A stretch of DNA of 63,261 bases. Origin: a virus. Its lineage: Duplodnaviria > Caudoviricetes. Positions within the stretch are counted from its first letter, which is position 1. Every line of letters begins with the position of its first letter. Location of the stretch: positions 1 through 63,261 of IMG/VR virus record IMGVR_UViG_3300033067_002102. One strand, written 5' to 3'. Below are positions 23,841 through 33,408 of the stretch, one piece after another. The position numbers and the translations under genes are program-made. Below the pieces are notes generated by a model. The model did not search any database. It had not been told where the DNA came from and worked only from the letters and a program-made list of their open reading frames with translations.

Positions 23841-26536
23841 AGCGCTTCGTCTTGCCCTTCTTCTTTGGTGCCAGCGTTTTTAACCGCTCGCGAGTTTATT
23901 TGCAATGGCGGAGGAAGGTCCGCCAGCTCTTTTTTGTCCACGAAGACGGCCGTCTCATCGGCGCGCGCCATCACCGCACGCACCACGGCCTCACCGCCAA
24001 AGCCAAGGCGCTCGGCGTAATACTCCAAGTAGTTCATGCGCACGCGCCAGTAGTGGCGCGTGGCTCCTTGGCGTTGCACCTTGGCCTTGCCGCTTGAGAT
24101 GGTCTCCAGCGCGGCCAAGAAAGGCTCCTCACTGGCCATGCGGTAGCTCGGGCGGAACGCCTCCCATGTGGTCGTGATGCAATCGAGCGTGACCCACAGC
24201 TCGCCGTCTTTCGAGAAGAGCCCGTGGGAGAGGTGGCTTTGCGCCTCGGTGCCGCCCTTGCTCGCGGTGCGGTTCGCGCGCAACGCGTGGGTGATGAACC
24301 ACGAGAGGAGCTGAGAGGTCAGCTCATCGCCGACCACGAGCTTGAACAAGGCTTGCTCGGCGTTGCCCTCCACGAGGAAGCGCCGGCCAGGCTCGGCGAT
24401 GGTGCGCGTCTTGGCGAGCCAAAGCGCGTGCTCTGCAATCTTGTTGTGCTCGCGCCACGAGTCCAACTCTTCGCGCGGGAAGCTCTCAAGGTACTTCACC
24501 GGCTCTTGCCCGGCTTCGATGAAGAGCAAGCGCTCGGCGATGGCGTGGATGTCCGCCTCCGTAAGCTGGGAGCCTTTCTGGCCGAAGTCCTTGAGCGGGT
24601 TGTCCGAGTTGGCGGCCACGAACAAACGCACGTAGCCCGAGCATTTGACGTTCGGGAGAAACTTGCGGCGAATGGTGATGTCCGGGTTGCTCACGAGCTG
24701 GCGCAACTCGGCGCCGAGGCTCTTGCCGTAGAAGCGCGGTAGCTCTTCGTCTGCGAAGATGAACGGCGTCTCCGCAAGGTCGCCATTGAAACTTGAGGCT
24801 AGTGTCTCCTTTGCGTCGGCTGGCGAGCCCCTCAGCCACAGACGTGAGAGCCCGTGGGCTAAGAGGTTCTTGCCGGCGTTTTTCGGGATGACGAGCATGA
24901 GGATGGAGAGCGCCTTGTCCGTTTGTGGTACGGCGGCAATCCAGTCCACGAGCTTCTCCCCGCCGAGGAGGAGGAGCCACTTGTGGATGGCGGGGTGTTC
25001 TTTCGGCTCCAGCATGCGCCGCGGCCCGAGTGCCTCCACAAGGTGGCGGTCTCGGCGGTCGAAGTAGGTTTGCGACGCGAGGTAGCTCGCGCGGATGCCC
25101 GCGGCGTGGACGGCGTGCTTCTCCAAAATCTCGGGGAGCTTGAGCGGTTTGAATTCTTGGGCGTCTTCGTCGAAGCGGCGCCGGCTGATGCCGCACGAGG
25201 CGAGCACCGCGCGCGCCACACCTATCGTCAACTCGCGCGTGTGGAAGGGGCGAGGGAAATAGCGGTTCACCATCCACACATAGGTGTGCTTGTCGTTCAG
25301 CACGAAGAGCTGGCGCTGTAGCTCTTCGGACGTGAGCCCTTGTTGCTTGGCGAGGATGACTAACTCCTCCTCGCTGATGCCGCTTTGGCGCTGCCCGTCT
25401 GACCACTCGCTGATGTGACGGGCTTCTTCTTCGGTGACGAGCACGTGCCCGAGCGGATTGCGCGCCTGCGTCCGGCGCCACTCGACTTGTTCAATCGCCC
25501 ACTCGCAGAGGGTCCGGGGGTCCGGGATGTTCGGCTTGATGGGGTCGTTCGGGTCTTCGTCGTGCGAACGCTGGAGCGTTGGGAGGAGGAGCGCGGCGAG
25601 GAGTGGGCGCGGTTCATGCTGGAGGAAGCGGTTAGTGAAGATGCCGAGCAAGCCTGTGAGGCCGTTGTCCCGGTGGCCCTTCTTGAGGGCCGCGGCGTGT
25701 GCGATGGCTTCGAGCGCGAGCCGCGTGTCCCACTGGAGGCGGTCATTGCCTTGGCCGATTTGCGCGCACTCCAAGCGCAACGTGTTCACCAGCTCGGCAG
25801 GGAGACCGAAGCGTGAGCCCTCCACCTCATGGACGGGCGTGTAGATGGTCGGTTGCTTCCTCTGGTGCTTGGCGCCGTAGCGCTTGAAGCGCTGCTCCAC
25901 GGGCATGAGGTCCCAGACCTCAAGCACGTCTTTGTAGATGGCGAGTTGGCTCGGGTCTGTACCGTGAAAGCCCGCGGCAAAGGTGGCGACGCGGTCAGGG
26001 TGCGCGGCCGGGAGGCGCATCAAGCGCTCGGGGTTGTAGCACGTGGAGTCGCAGATACCGTCAAAGATGCCTTGGTTGATGGCGTGGTTTGCCTCCCGCC
26101 AGCGGTCCAAGCCCTCGGGGCCGGGGAGCACGTCCTCCGCGAGCGGTATCCACACGCGGTAGCCGAGCCGGGTTACATCGTTGTGACTGTGCGTCGTGTG
26201 CCACAGGTAGGCCGTGTCCGAATTCTTCAACCGGTCTAAGCCAGCGAAGAAGGTACGGCGAAAGATACCGGAGCGCACCTTCCAAGCATGTTCGGTCTCC
26301 TCGGGCTCCGGCTTGGCATCAAGGTCCATCACGAGCATGGAGCGTGAGGCGACATGAATGTCCCCACGCTGACCGTCATTCGTGCCCGCCATGATGAGCG
26401 GGACCTCTTCGCGCTCGGCGGTAAGCTTCAATGGTTTGGTGAAGCCTGCGATGGCGTCCTCTGGCCACTCGAAGGTCACGCGTTTAGACTCTTTCGCCAT
26501 GGTGTTGGCGAAGTGCTGGACTGCTAGTATGCGCAT
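23837..26536 (-). CDS. AEP primase fused to SF3/DUF5906-type helicase
   Basis: MDLD, HTTHSH, YRVWIPL primase motifs; PKNAGKN, FIFADE, FVAAN, ERLL helicase motifs. Confidence 0.85.
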   Translation of the reverse strand: MRILAVQHFANTMAKESKRVTFEWPEDAIAGFTKPLKLTAEREEVPLIMAGTNDGQRGDIHVASRSMLVMDLDAKPEPEETEHAWKVRSGIFRRTFFAGLDRLKNSDTAYLWHTTHSHNDVTRLGYRVWIPLAEDVLPGPEGLDRWREANHAINQGIFDGICDSTCYNPERLMRLPAAHPDRVATFAAGFHGTDPSQLAIYKDVLEVWDLMPVEQRFKRYGAKHQRKQPTIYTPVHEVEGSRFGLPAELVNTLRLECAQIGQGNDRLQWDTRLALEAIAHAAALKKGHRDNGLTGLLGIFTNRFLQHEPRPLLAALLLPTLQRSHDEDPNDPIKPNIPDPRTLCEWAIEQVEWRRTQARNPLGHVLVTEEEARHISEWSDGQRQSGISEEELVILAKQQGLTSEELQRQLFVLNDKHTYVWMVNRYFPRPFHTRELTIGVARAVLASCGISRRRFDEDAQEFKPLKLPEILEKHAVHAAGIRASYLASQTYFDRRDRHLVEALGPRRMLEPKEHPAIHKWLLLLGGEKLVDWIAAVPQTDKALSILMLVIPKNAGKNLLAHGLSRLWLRGSPADAKETLASSFNGDLAETPFIFADEELPRFYGKSLGAELRQLVSNPDITIRRKFLPNVKCSGYVRLFVAANSDNPLKDFGQKGSQLTEADIHAIAERLLFIEAGQEPVKYLESFPREELDSWREHNKIAEHALWLAKTRTIAEPGRRFLVEGNAEQALFKLVVGDELTSQLLSWFITHALRANRTASKGGTEAQSHLSHGLFSKDGELWVTLDCITTTWEAFRPSYRMASEEPFLAALETISSGKAKVQRQGATRHYWRVRMNYLEYYAERLGFGGEAVVRAVMARADETAVFVDKKELADLPPPLQINSRAVKNAGTKEEGQDEAL

Positions 26537-26639
26537 GTGCCCGCTCCTTTGAGCTGTGTGCGTGCCATAGGCTGGGGCGCATTGCAACAAGGCTTGTCTC
26601 TTTTTGTCATGTCGCGGTGCATAAACGTCACCAGCTTAT

Positions 26640-26828
26640 GGGATAGCTACCCTCCCGGCATAGATGGGGGGTATCTATCTATCTCTACACGTGGGGTGTT
26701 GACCCTTAGAAATAGAACATAAGGATGCGGGCGCCCGCTACTTCCTTATTATCTATTTCTAAGGGTCAACACCCCACGTGTAGAGATAGATAGATAGGGG
26801 GTATCTGTCCCGGGAGGGTATCTATCCC
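26640..26828. repeat. ~190-bp imperfect palindrome (45-bp perfect arms 26672-26716 / 26752-26796)
   Basis: Arms checked base by base; outer 19-bp arms with one mismatch; central GCGGGCGCCCGC. Confidence 0.95.
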
Positions 26829-26899
26829 GTGAGGGTGTCCTATTCTTCGCAACGTGCGGCGCGCTTGCGGGCCGGCGAGCCGTGTGGTCTTCTTGGGCT

Positions 26900-27457
26900 A
26901 TGCATGCTCACTTGCAAGAGCGCTCCGTGTGCGTGGACGATTTGCGGGCTGACCCTCGCAATGCCCGCAAGCATGGCCGGCGCAACATCAAGGCGCTCAA
27001 GTCCTCGCTCCTTCGGTTCGGCCAGGTTGAGCCGCTCATCGTCCAAGAGCGGACCATGCAACTCATCGCCGGTCACGGTCGGCTCCAAGCGATGAAGGAG
27101 CTAGGCTTCTCACATGCGCGGTGCGTGGTGCTCGATGTCTCGGACAAGCGCGCTCGCTCTCTTGGCGTGGCGCTCAATCGGACGGCCGAGCTTGCGGAGT
27201 GGGACTTTGATGTTTTGGCCTCGCTCCTCCAAGAGGCGCCGGACGATGGGCTCGGGCTCGAAGACCTCGGCTTCGTGCAAGAGGAGCTGGACGCCATGTT
27301 GCTCACGGTCGAAGACCTCACGGGCGACAAGCCGCAGAAGGTGAAGACCACGGTGACGCTCAAGGTCGTGTGTGCGCCGGGCGATGCCGGCGAGGTGCAA
27401 GAGGCCATCGAGCGCGCGCTTGAGGAGGCCGGACTAGAGGCCGAGGTCAAGTCCTGA
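26900..27457 (+). CDS. ParB/Srx N-terminal-domain protein
   Basis: DPRNARKH...SLLRFGQVEPLIV...IAGHGRLQA...NRTAELAEWD. Confidence 0.88.
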   Translation: MHAHLQERSVCVDDLRADPRNARKHGRRNIKALKSSLLRFGQVEPLIVQERTMQLIAGHGRLQAMKELGFSHARCVVLDVSDKRARSLGVALNRTAELAEWDFDVLASLLQEAPDDGLGLEDLGFVQEELDAMLLTVEDLTGDKPQKVKTTVTLKVVCAPGDAGEVQEAIERALEEAGLEAEVKS

Positions 27458-27506
27458 ACGCAAAGCGTAGTTGACGCGCTAGCGCTCTTTAGGCACCCTT
27501 CGGTGC

Positions 27507-27722
27507 ATGGACACCCCTAAGCAGAGATTTGAGCGTCAAGACGCCTACTGGGAGACGGAGTTGGACGCGCTCATCGTTCGCTTCAATGCCCGGCCGGTCA
27601 ATGACATCGTGCGCCTGGCGTTCAGGCAACAACTTCGCCAGCTCGCCGAGCGCTCGGGTCACATGGGCGGCATGCCGGCGATGAAGCGCGCGCTTGAGCG
27701 CCGCGGCGTGGTGCTCTCGTGA
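27507..27722 (+). CDS. Hypothetical protein (71 aa)
   Basis: GTGA overlap with terS; TTGACG at 27471 upstream. Confidence 0.6.
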   Translation: MDTPKQRFERQDAYWETELDALIVRFNARPVNDIVRLAFRQQLRQLAERSGHMGGMPAMKRALERRGVVLS

Positions 27723-28222
27723 GCGGTAAGAAGAAGCCAGGCCCGGCACCGGGCACGGGCGGCCGGGCGAAGAAGCCGGTGGACTTCGCCGCTTTGGACA
27801 AGCTCCTCGCGATGCAAGGCACGGCGGAGGAATGTGCGGGCGTGCTCAATGTTTCGGTGGACACGTTGGATGCGCGCGTGCGTGAGAAGTTCGGCATAAC
27901 CTTCGCGGAGTATGCGGCACCAAGAAGAGCTAGCGGAAGAATGAGCCTGCGCCGAGCGCAGTTTGTGACGGCGGTCCAGAAGCAAAACCCCACGATGCTC
28001 ATTTGGCTCGGCAAGAACGTCTTGGGCCAGACGGACAAGCAAGAGATTACGGGCGCGGGCGGCGCACCGCTCGTGCCGGCGAAGGCGCTACCCGACTATT
28101 CGCAGCTCACTACGGAGGAGCTGCGCACGTTCCTCGCGCTTGCTGAGAAGGCGCGACCGAAGGGGCAGAGCGGCGAAGAGCACGAGCCCGAGGCGGGCGA
28201 AGATGCCGAACCATCCGAATAG
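27719..28222 (+). CDS. terS: Terminase small subunit
   Basis: HTH (EECAGVLNVSVDTL), TMLIWLGKNVLGQTDKQEITGAGG; upstream of terL. Confidence 0.85.
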   Translation: MSGKKKPGPAPGTGGRAKKPVDFAALDKLLAMQGTAEECAGVLNVSVDTLDARVREKFGITFAEYAAPRRASGRMSLRRAQFVTAVQKQNPTMLIWLGKNVLGQTDKQEITGAGGAPLVPAKALPDYSQLTTEELRTFLALAEKARPKGQSGEEHEPEAGEDAEPSE

Positions 28223-29807
28223 GCTCCAGCGCGTGCCCCACGCGCCGCGCGGCGATGCACCGCGCTCGTTCTACGCAAAGCAAGGCGCGGCACGACATCC
28301 GGTGAAGATGCCGAGCGCCTATGTCGCGGACGTGGCCGAGCTGGAGCGCGAGTTGCTCCCGCGCTCGTTCAGGGACTTCGTGCCGCGGGCGTTCCCCTAC
28401 ATCGAGAAGAGCGAGCAGTACGTCCACGGCACGCACGTGGATGTGGTGTGCGAGCACTTGCAGGCGTGCGCGGACGGGCAAATCCCCCGCCTCGTCATCA
28501 ACATCCCGCCCGGCCACATGAAGAGCATCTTGGCGTCCGTGGCGTTCCCGGCGTGGGTGTGGTCGCGCCAGCAAGCGCGCTACCGTGAGGCGTGCAACCT
28601 CAGCGGACCTCATGCGCGCTTCATCTTCACGTCCTATTCAGACGACTTCGTCAAACGTGACTCGTTAAAGACGCAAGCACTTATAGAAAGCCCTTGGTAT
28701 CAAGAGCGGTGGCCGCTCGGGCTGGAGCTGGCGAACACCACCGAATTCGTCAACGAGAAAGGCGGCTGGCGCCTCGGCGTGGGTACGGGCGGCGGCGTCA
28801 CCGGCAAGCACACGCATTGGGCGATTGCGGACGACCCTTTGAAGGCGCAAGAGGCGCACTCGAAGGCCGCGCGCGAGGCGGCCGTGCGCTTCTGGCAAGA
28901 GACGATGACCACGCGCATGCTGCCCGGCGCGTGCCGCATCGTCGTGATGCAGCGCTTGCACCAAGACGACCTCACGGGCTTCTTGATCAAGGAAGGCGGC
29001 TATGAGCTGCTCATGCTGCCCGAGGCATTCGAGAAGAAACGCGCGTGCGTGACGGTGCTCGGGCTCGCGGACAAACGCGAGAAGGAAGGGGACCTCCTAT
29101 GGCCCGAGCGCTTCCCGGAGAGCGCCCACAAGGTGCGCGCGAAAGAGCTGGGCTCGTTCGGTAACGCTGGCCAGCTCCAGCAACGCCCGGCACCCGAGGA
29201 GGGCGGCATCGTCAAGCGCGCCGTGCTCAAGCGGTGGAACGCCGCGAGCCTCCCGCCCATCTTCGATTTGATTTGGCAGTCGTGGGACCTCACGCTCAAG
29301 AACACGAACGACTGGGTAGCAGGCGGCCTCTTCGCTTCGAGCGGGCCGAACGTCTACCTCCTCAAAATAACGCATGCGCATTTATCCTTCACCCAGATGA
29401 TTGAGAGCATCAACATCATGCGTGAGGCGAGCCGCGGCAAGCCGCCCTACATCGTCATCGAGGATGCGGCGGCCGGCGCGCCCGCGGAGGACACGCTCCG
29501 ACTGGACGGTGTGGACGGCGTCATCCTCATGCGGCCCGAGGGGTCGAAGCTCATGCGGCTTCACGCCATCGTGCCGTTCCTCGAAGCCGGGAATTACTAC
29601 ATCCCCGAATCGCCGAACGAAGACCCGAAGGACCCGGTCAACGCCTACGTTGACGAGCTAACCACCTTCCCGAATGCGACCCATGACGACCAAGTGGACA
29701 TGACGACGCAAGCCGTTTTATGGTGGCGCAAGCATCGTGCCGACTCCTATACCTCCATGGAGTTGCCCGGTGGTGAGCGGGAGAGCCCTAACGTCTACTC
29801 GTTCTAA
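28203..29807 (+). CDS. terL: Terminase large subunit
   Basis: INIPPGHMKS, IADDP, VMQRLHQDDL, QSWD, HDDQVD; start may be 28308. Confidence 0.95.
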   Translation: MPNHPNRLQRVPHAPRGDAPRSFYAKQGAARHPVKMPSAYVADVAELERELLPRSFRDFVPRAFPYIEKSEQYVHGTHVDVVCEHLQACADGQIPRLVINIPPGHMKSILASVAFPAWVWSRQQARYREACNLSGPHARFIFTSYSDDFVKRDSLKTQALIESPWYQERWPLGLELANTTEFVNEKGGWRLGVGTGGGVTGKHTHWAIADDPLKAQEAHSKAAREAAVRFWQETMTTRMLPGACRIVVMQRLHQDDLTGFLIKEGGYELLMLPEAFEKKRACVTVLGLADKREKEGDLLWPERFPESAHKVRAKELGSFGNAGQLQQRPAPEEGGIVKRAVLKRWNAASLPPIFDLIWQSWDLTLKNTNDWVAGGLFASSGPNVYLLKITHAHLSFTQMIESINIMREASRGKPPYIVIEDAAAGAPAEDTLRLDGVDGVILMRPEGSKLMRLHAIVPFLEAGNYYIPESPNEDPKDPVNAYVDELTTFPNATHDDQVDMTTQAVLWWRKHRADSYTSMELPGGERESPNVYSF

Positions 29808-29816
29808 CGGAGCAAC

Positions 29817-31427
29817 ATGAGCAACGAAGCTAAGCTGGCGTATGACATCCTAGGCACAACGGGTCTCAAGCAGACGGGCGGCTGGGTCCTCGAAGAGTTT
29901 TTGCGCCAGCTCCGCGGCCCGCGTGGCGCCGAGCTTATCAAGGAGATGACGTGGAACAGCGCGCAAGTGGGCGCCGTTCGCACGCTGATACATACGCTAG
30001 CGCGTCAAGTGGAGTGGAACGTGGAGGCGGCCAAGGAGCCGACCGACCCACAGCAAGCGCAGCTTGGCGAACGCTTGGTCCGCACGAGCAAAGACGACAT
30101 GGAGCATAGCTGGCACGCCTTCATCACGGAGGCGCTCAGCCACTACGATTACGGGTTCAGCTTCCACGAAATCGTCTACAAGCTCCGCCGCGGCCCCAAG
30201 GGCTTGCCCATCACGCGCAGCAAGTTTGATGACGGGCTCATCGGCTGGCGCAAGGTGGAGCTGCGCTCACAAGACTCGCTCGACCGCTGGGAATTCAACG
30301 AAGAGCACGAGCTTGAGGGCTTCTGGCAGCGTGACCCCTACGCCAACTCCTACAGCTTCATCCCGAGCAACCGCGCTATCCACTTCCGCACGGAGACGTT
30401 CAAGAACAACCCGGAAGGGCGCTCGGGCTTCCGCAATGCGGTGGTGAGCTACCTCCGCCTCAAGCACATCGAGGATGTGGAGGCCATCGGCGTAGAGCGC
30501 GACCTCGCCGGCATGCCGTTCCTCCAAGTGCCGCCCGAGATTTTGGCGCCAGGGCAGAATGCCGAATATCGCGCGTTGCGCACGGCGCTGGAGACGCAGC
30601 TCGGCCAAATCAAGCGCGACCAACGCGACTTCATTTTGATGCCGGCCGAGGTCAACAAGGACGGCAAAAACACGGGCTTCAAGTTCCAGCTCTTGGCCAG
30701 CTCGGGCACGCGCCAACTGGACATCGTTGCCATCAAGAACAGTTACAAGACGGACATCCTGATGACCGTCTTGGCGCAATTCCTCCAGCTCGGCGTGGCC
30801 AGCATCACGGGCTCTCGTTCGCTCGCCTCTAGCTCCACGGACCTCTTCACGCTCTCGCTCGGCGCGTTGCTCGACAACATGCAAGAGACCATCAACGCGC
30901 AGCTTGTAGACCCGCTGTGTGAGCTGAACGGCATTGCGGCGGAGAACCGCCCGCGCATCGTACACGGCGACATTGAGACGCCGGACCTCGGGCCGCTTGG
31001 CACGTTCCTTCAACAGATGTTCACCACGGGCACCTTGGAGGACAGCGAGAAGTTGCGCGAGGCACTCCACCGCATGGCGGGCGTTCCCTACGAGCCGCAA
31101 AAGCCGATGGCCGCGACCGCACCGGGCGGCGTGAAGACGGCGGAGCAACTCATCGCCGAAGTGATGGGCGGCGCGAAGCCAGCGGCACCGGGCGGTGTGG
31201 CTGGAGGCGCAAGCGCTTCTAATCCCACGGCAGATACGCCGGCCCCAGGTGCGCCACAGGGCGCTCCAGTGAAGACCGCAGACGAGCTTATCTCTCGCAC
31301 GCGCGCGGAGGTGCGCGGCGTGAAGCCGGCCGAAGACCTCATGCGCGAGGCGAAGCTCAACGCCAACGGCGTCAAGAGCGCGGACCAACTCATCGAAGAA
31401 GCCAAGAAGCCGACTGAGGACGCGTGA
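29817..31427 (+). CDS. Portal protein (DUF935/Mu gp29-like)
   Basis: YGFSFHEIVY, NPEGRS, IGVERDLAGMP; follows terL. Confidence 0.92.
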   Translation: MSNEAKLAYDILGTTGLKQTGGWVLEEFLRQLRGPRGAELIKEMTWNSAQVGAVRTLIHTLARQVEWNVEAAKEPTDPQQAQLGERLVRTSKDDMEHSWHAFITEALSHYDYGFSFHEIVYKLRRGPKGLPITRSKFDDGLIGWRKVELRSQDSLDRWEFNEEHELEGFWQRDPYANSYSFIPSNRAIHFRTETFKNNPEGRSGFRNAVVSYLRLKHIEDVEAIGVERDLAGMPFLQVPPEILAPGQNAEYRALRTALETQLGQIKRDQRDFILMPAEVNKDGKNTGFKFQLLASSGTRQLDIVAIKNSYKTDILMTVLAQFLQLGVASITGSRSLASSSTDLFTLSLGALLDNMQETINAQLVDPLCELNGIAAENRPRIVHGDIETPDLGPLGTFLQQMFTTGTLEDSEKLREALHRMAGVPYEPQKPMAATAPGGVKTAEQLIAEVMGGAKPAAPGGVAGGASASNPTADTPAPGAPQGAPVKTADELISRTRAEVRGVKPAEDLMREAKLNANGVKSADQLIEEAKKPTEDA

Positions 31428-32431
31428 ACGAGCGCGCGGTCAGAGAGCTAGCGGAGGCATGGCGGGCGGTATCGCTGCTCTACGTGGACGAGTCCGTCCT
31501 CTCCAACATGCGTGCGGCGCTGGAGCATCATGACCTAGGCGGCGCTATGCGCGCACTACCGACGCTCGACCAAGCACGCGACAAAGCGCGAGCGCTGGTA
31601 ATGGTGCTTGCGGATAAAATGCGGGACATCGTGCGCTCCGCCTCGGCAGAGGAATATGCGCGCGTGAAGGCGATGGCTCGGCGCGTGCGCAAGGCACCAA
31701 ACGAAGAGAAGTGGACGGGCCGCAGAGCGCAGCGCCCCGAGCGCTCGCCAAGCCGCCCGAGCGAGTGGGACCCGCACAAGCTCTTGGACCCGCGCAGCTC
31801 GCGCAAGGTGCCGCAGGGTCACACGCTCCCGGAGAACCAAGGGCGTAGCGATGAGAATCCCATGTCTCAAGTGCCGCAAGATGAGACGTGGCTCTTGCAG
31901 GAAGCGGCGAAGCTCGTGGTGGATATCACGGACGAGCAACGGGACAACCTCCGGCAAGTGCTCATCACGCGCTACGACCCGACGAAGCGCCCGGACTTCA
32001 TCCTCCGCGACGTGCAAAAGGTCGTGGGTCTCACAGACCGTGAGACGCGCGCCGTGTTCAACAAGCAACAAGCGCTCATTGACGCGGGCATGTCCGAGGA
32101 GGACGCGCAGCGCAAAACGAAGGCTTACGCGGAGGAGCTTCATCAGCTCCGCGCCGAACGCATCGCCCGCACGGAGGGCGTGTTCTTGGAGACCGAGGCG
32201 CGAGACGGCGCGTGGGGCCAAGCGCGGGCGGATGGTACGTTACCCGATGACACGCTCAAGGAGTGGGTGACGGACAATACGGGTTGCGCTGAATGTCGTG
32301 CTATGGACGGCGAGACCGCGCCCATCAACGGGATGTTTCACACGCCGGCCGGCCCCATGAAGGGGCCGCCGTATCATCCAAACTGTGGGTGTGGTGTAGA
32401 GCTGTCTTTTGCCGGACATCGGAGGAAGTGA
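31424..32431 (+). CDS. Head morphogenesis protein (MuF/SPP1 gp7-like)
   Basis: RAERIARTE, KEW, CAEC..MDG, PPYHPNCGC. Confidence 0.9.
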   Translation: MNERAVRELAEAWRAVSLLYVDESVLSNMRAALEHHDLGGAMRALPTLDQARDKARALVMVLADKMRDIVRSASAEEYARVKAMARRVRKAPNEEKWTGRRAQRPERSPSRPSEWDPHKLLDPRSSRKVPQGHTLPENQGRSDENPMSQVPQDETWLLQEAAKLVVDITDEQRDNLRQVLITRYDPTKRPDFILRDVQKVVGLTDRETRAVFNKQQALIDAGMSEEDAQRKTKAYAEELHQLRAERIARTEGVFLETEARDGAWGQARADGTLPDDTLKEWVTDNTGCAECRAMDGETAPINGMFHTPAGPMKGPPYHPNCGCGVELSFAGHRRK

Positions 32432-32433
32432 GC

Positions 32434-33408
32434 ATGGGTGACATTGAACCGAAAGCGTTTCTAGCCGTAGGGAAAGGCCGCATATGCATCGTGAAGGGCG
32501 CGCCGTCCTTCGCCGAGCTTCTACGCGGGCAACCCTTCGTGGGCGGAGACGCCAAGCTCCTTGAGCAAGAGGTGCTCAAGCCGCTCGGGCTCACGCGCGC
32601 CGATGTGGTGCTTGCGTGGTGTGACCCTATCCACGACGGCGAGAAGGCAATGCAGACCTTCGTGGAAAAGTGCAACTTCGATGTGCTCGTCTCGATGAGC
32701 GAGGCCACGGGCTTCGCCAAGGACAAGCGCTCGTGGAACCTTCCGACCACGGAGGAGCTGCGCAAGGAACAGGGCAAGTTTTCAATTGAGCTAGCGCGTA
32801 AATTGAACGCCATCCGAAAGAGACTTGACGCCACGGCCCATCGTGCGGCACATTCAGTGCACCTCGTCTCAAAGGGCGCAAAGCCGACCGGCGAAGGAAC
32901 GATAACCGCACCGGTCTTCAAGGCGAACGCGCAAAAGCAAATCATCTACGCCGTGGTGCTCGACCCTTACCAAGTGGACACCCAAGACGATTGGTGCCCA
33001 CCAAAGGACATCGAGGACACGGCTCACGCGTTCGTCAAATCATCTCGGGTGATGGACCTCCAACATGAAGTTGTCGTGGATGACGCCTTCGTGGTGGAGA
33101 GCTTCGTAGAAATCTACCCGAGCGAAAGCGACAAGGTGAAAGCGTTCAACAACGAACCACACCGGGCTTACGCTCGGCAGTTTGGCAAGGACGTGATTCA
33201 CTCAGGCGCTTGGATTCTTGGCGTCCAACTCTCTGACCGGCTGTGGGCCATGTATGAAAAGGGTGACATCGGTGCGTTTTCCATCGGTGGTCTCGGACGA
33301 AGGTCCGAGGCGAGCGTAGAAGACATGCCGGAAGTGACGTTTGTTGAAATCGGAGAGGTCGGGCGTGCAACAGTCGGGAGGACGGATACGTCGGTTGACC
33401 AACGTTGA
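32434..33408 (+). CDS. XkdF-like prohead protease with N-terminal UDG-family-4-like segment
   Basis: IIYAVVLDP..VDTQDD, DLQH, VVESF, GAWILGV, AFSIGG; N-terminal GQPFVG..LL..LGLTR.DV. Confidence 0.85.
   Translation: MGDIEPKAFLAVGKGRICIVKGAPSFAELLRGQPFVGGDAKLLEQEVLKPLGLTRADVVLAWCDPIHDGEKAMQTFVEKCNFDVLVSMSEATGFAKDKRSWNLPTTEELRKEQGKFSIELARKLNAIRKRLDATAHRAAHSVHLVSKGAKPTGEGTITAPVFKANAQKQIIYAVVLDPYQVDTQDDWCPPKDIEDTAHAFVKSSRVMDLQHEVVVDDAFVVESFVEIYPSESDKVKAFNNEPHRAYARQFGKDVIHSGAWILGVQLSDRLWAMYEKGDIGAFSIGGLGRRSEASVEDMPEVTFVEIGEVGRATVGRTDTSVDQR

Noticed and set aside
22254-24020. Long antisense ORFs (588 aa here; also 38815-40197, 40606-42021, 33146-34435, 30267-31388)
   Set aside because: Shadow frames opposite well-supported genes, expected from high GC3; Arg/Leu/His-rich without motifs or RBS
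26640-26828. N15-type linear plasmid prophage telomere
   Set aside because: No protelomerase or tyrosine recombinase recognised; kept only as an unexplained palindrome
26900-27457. ParABS plasmid-prophage partition system
   Set aside because: Only a ParB N-terminal domain; no ParA or HTH seen; such genes commonly sit beside terS
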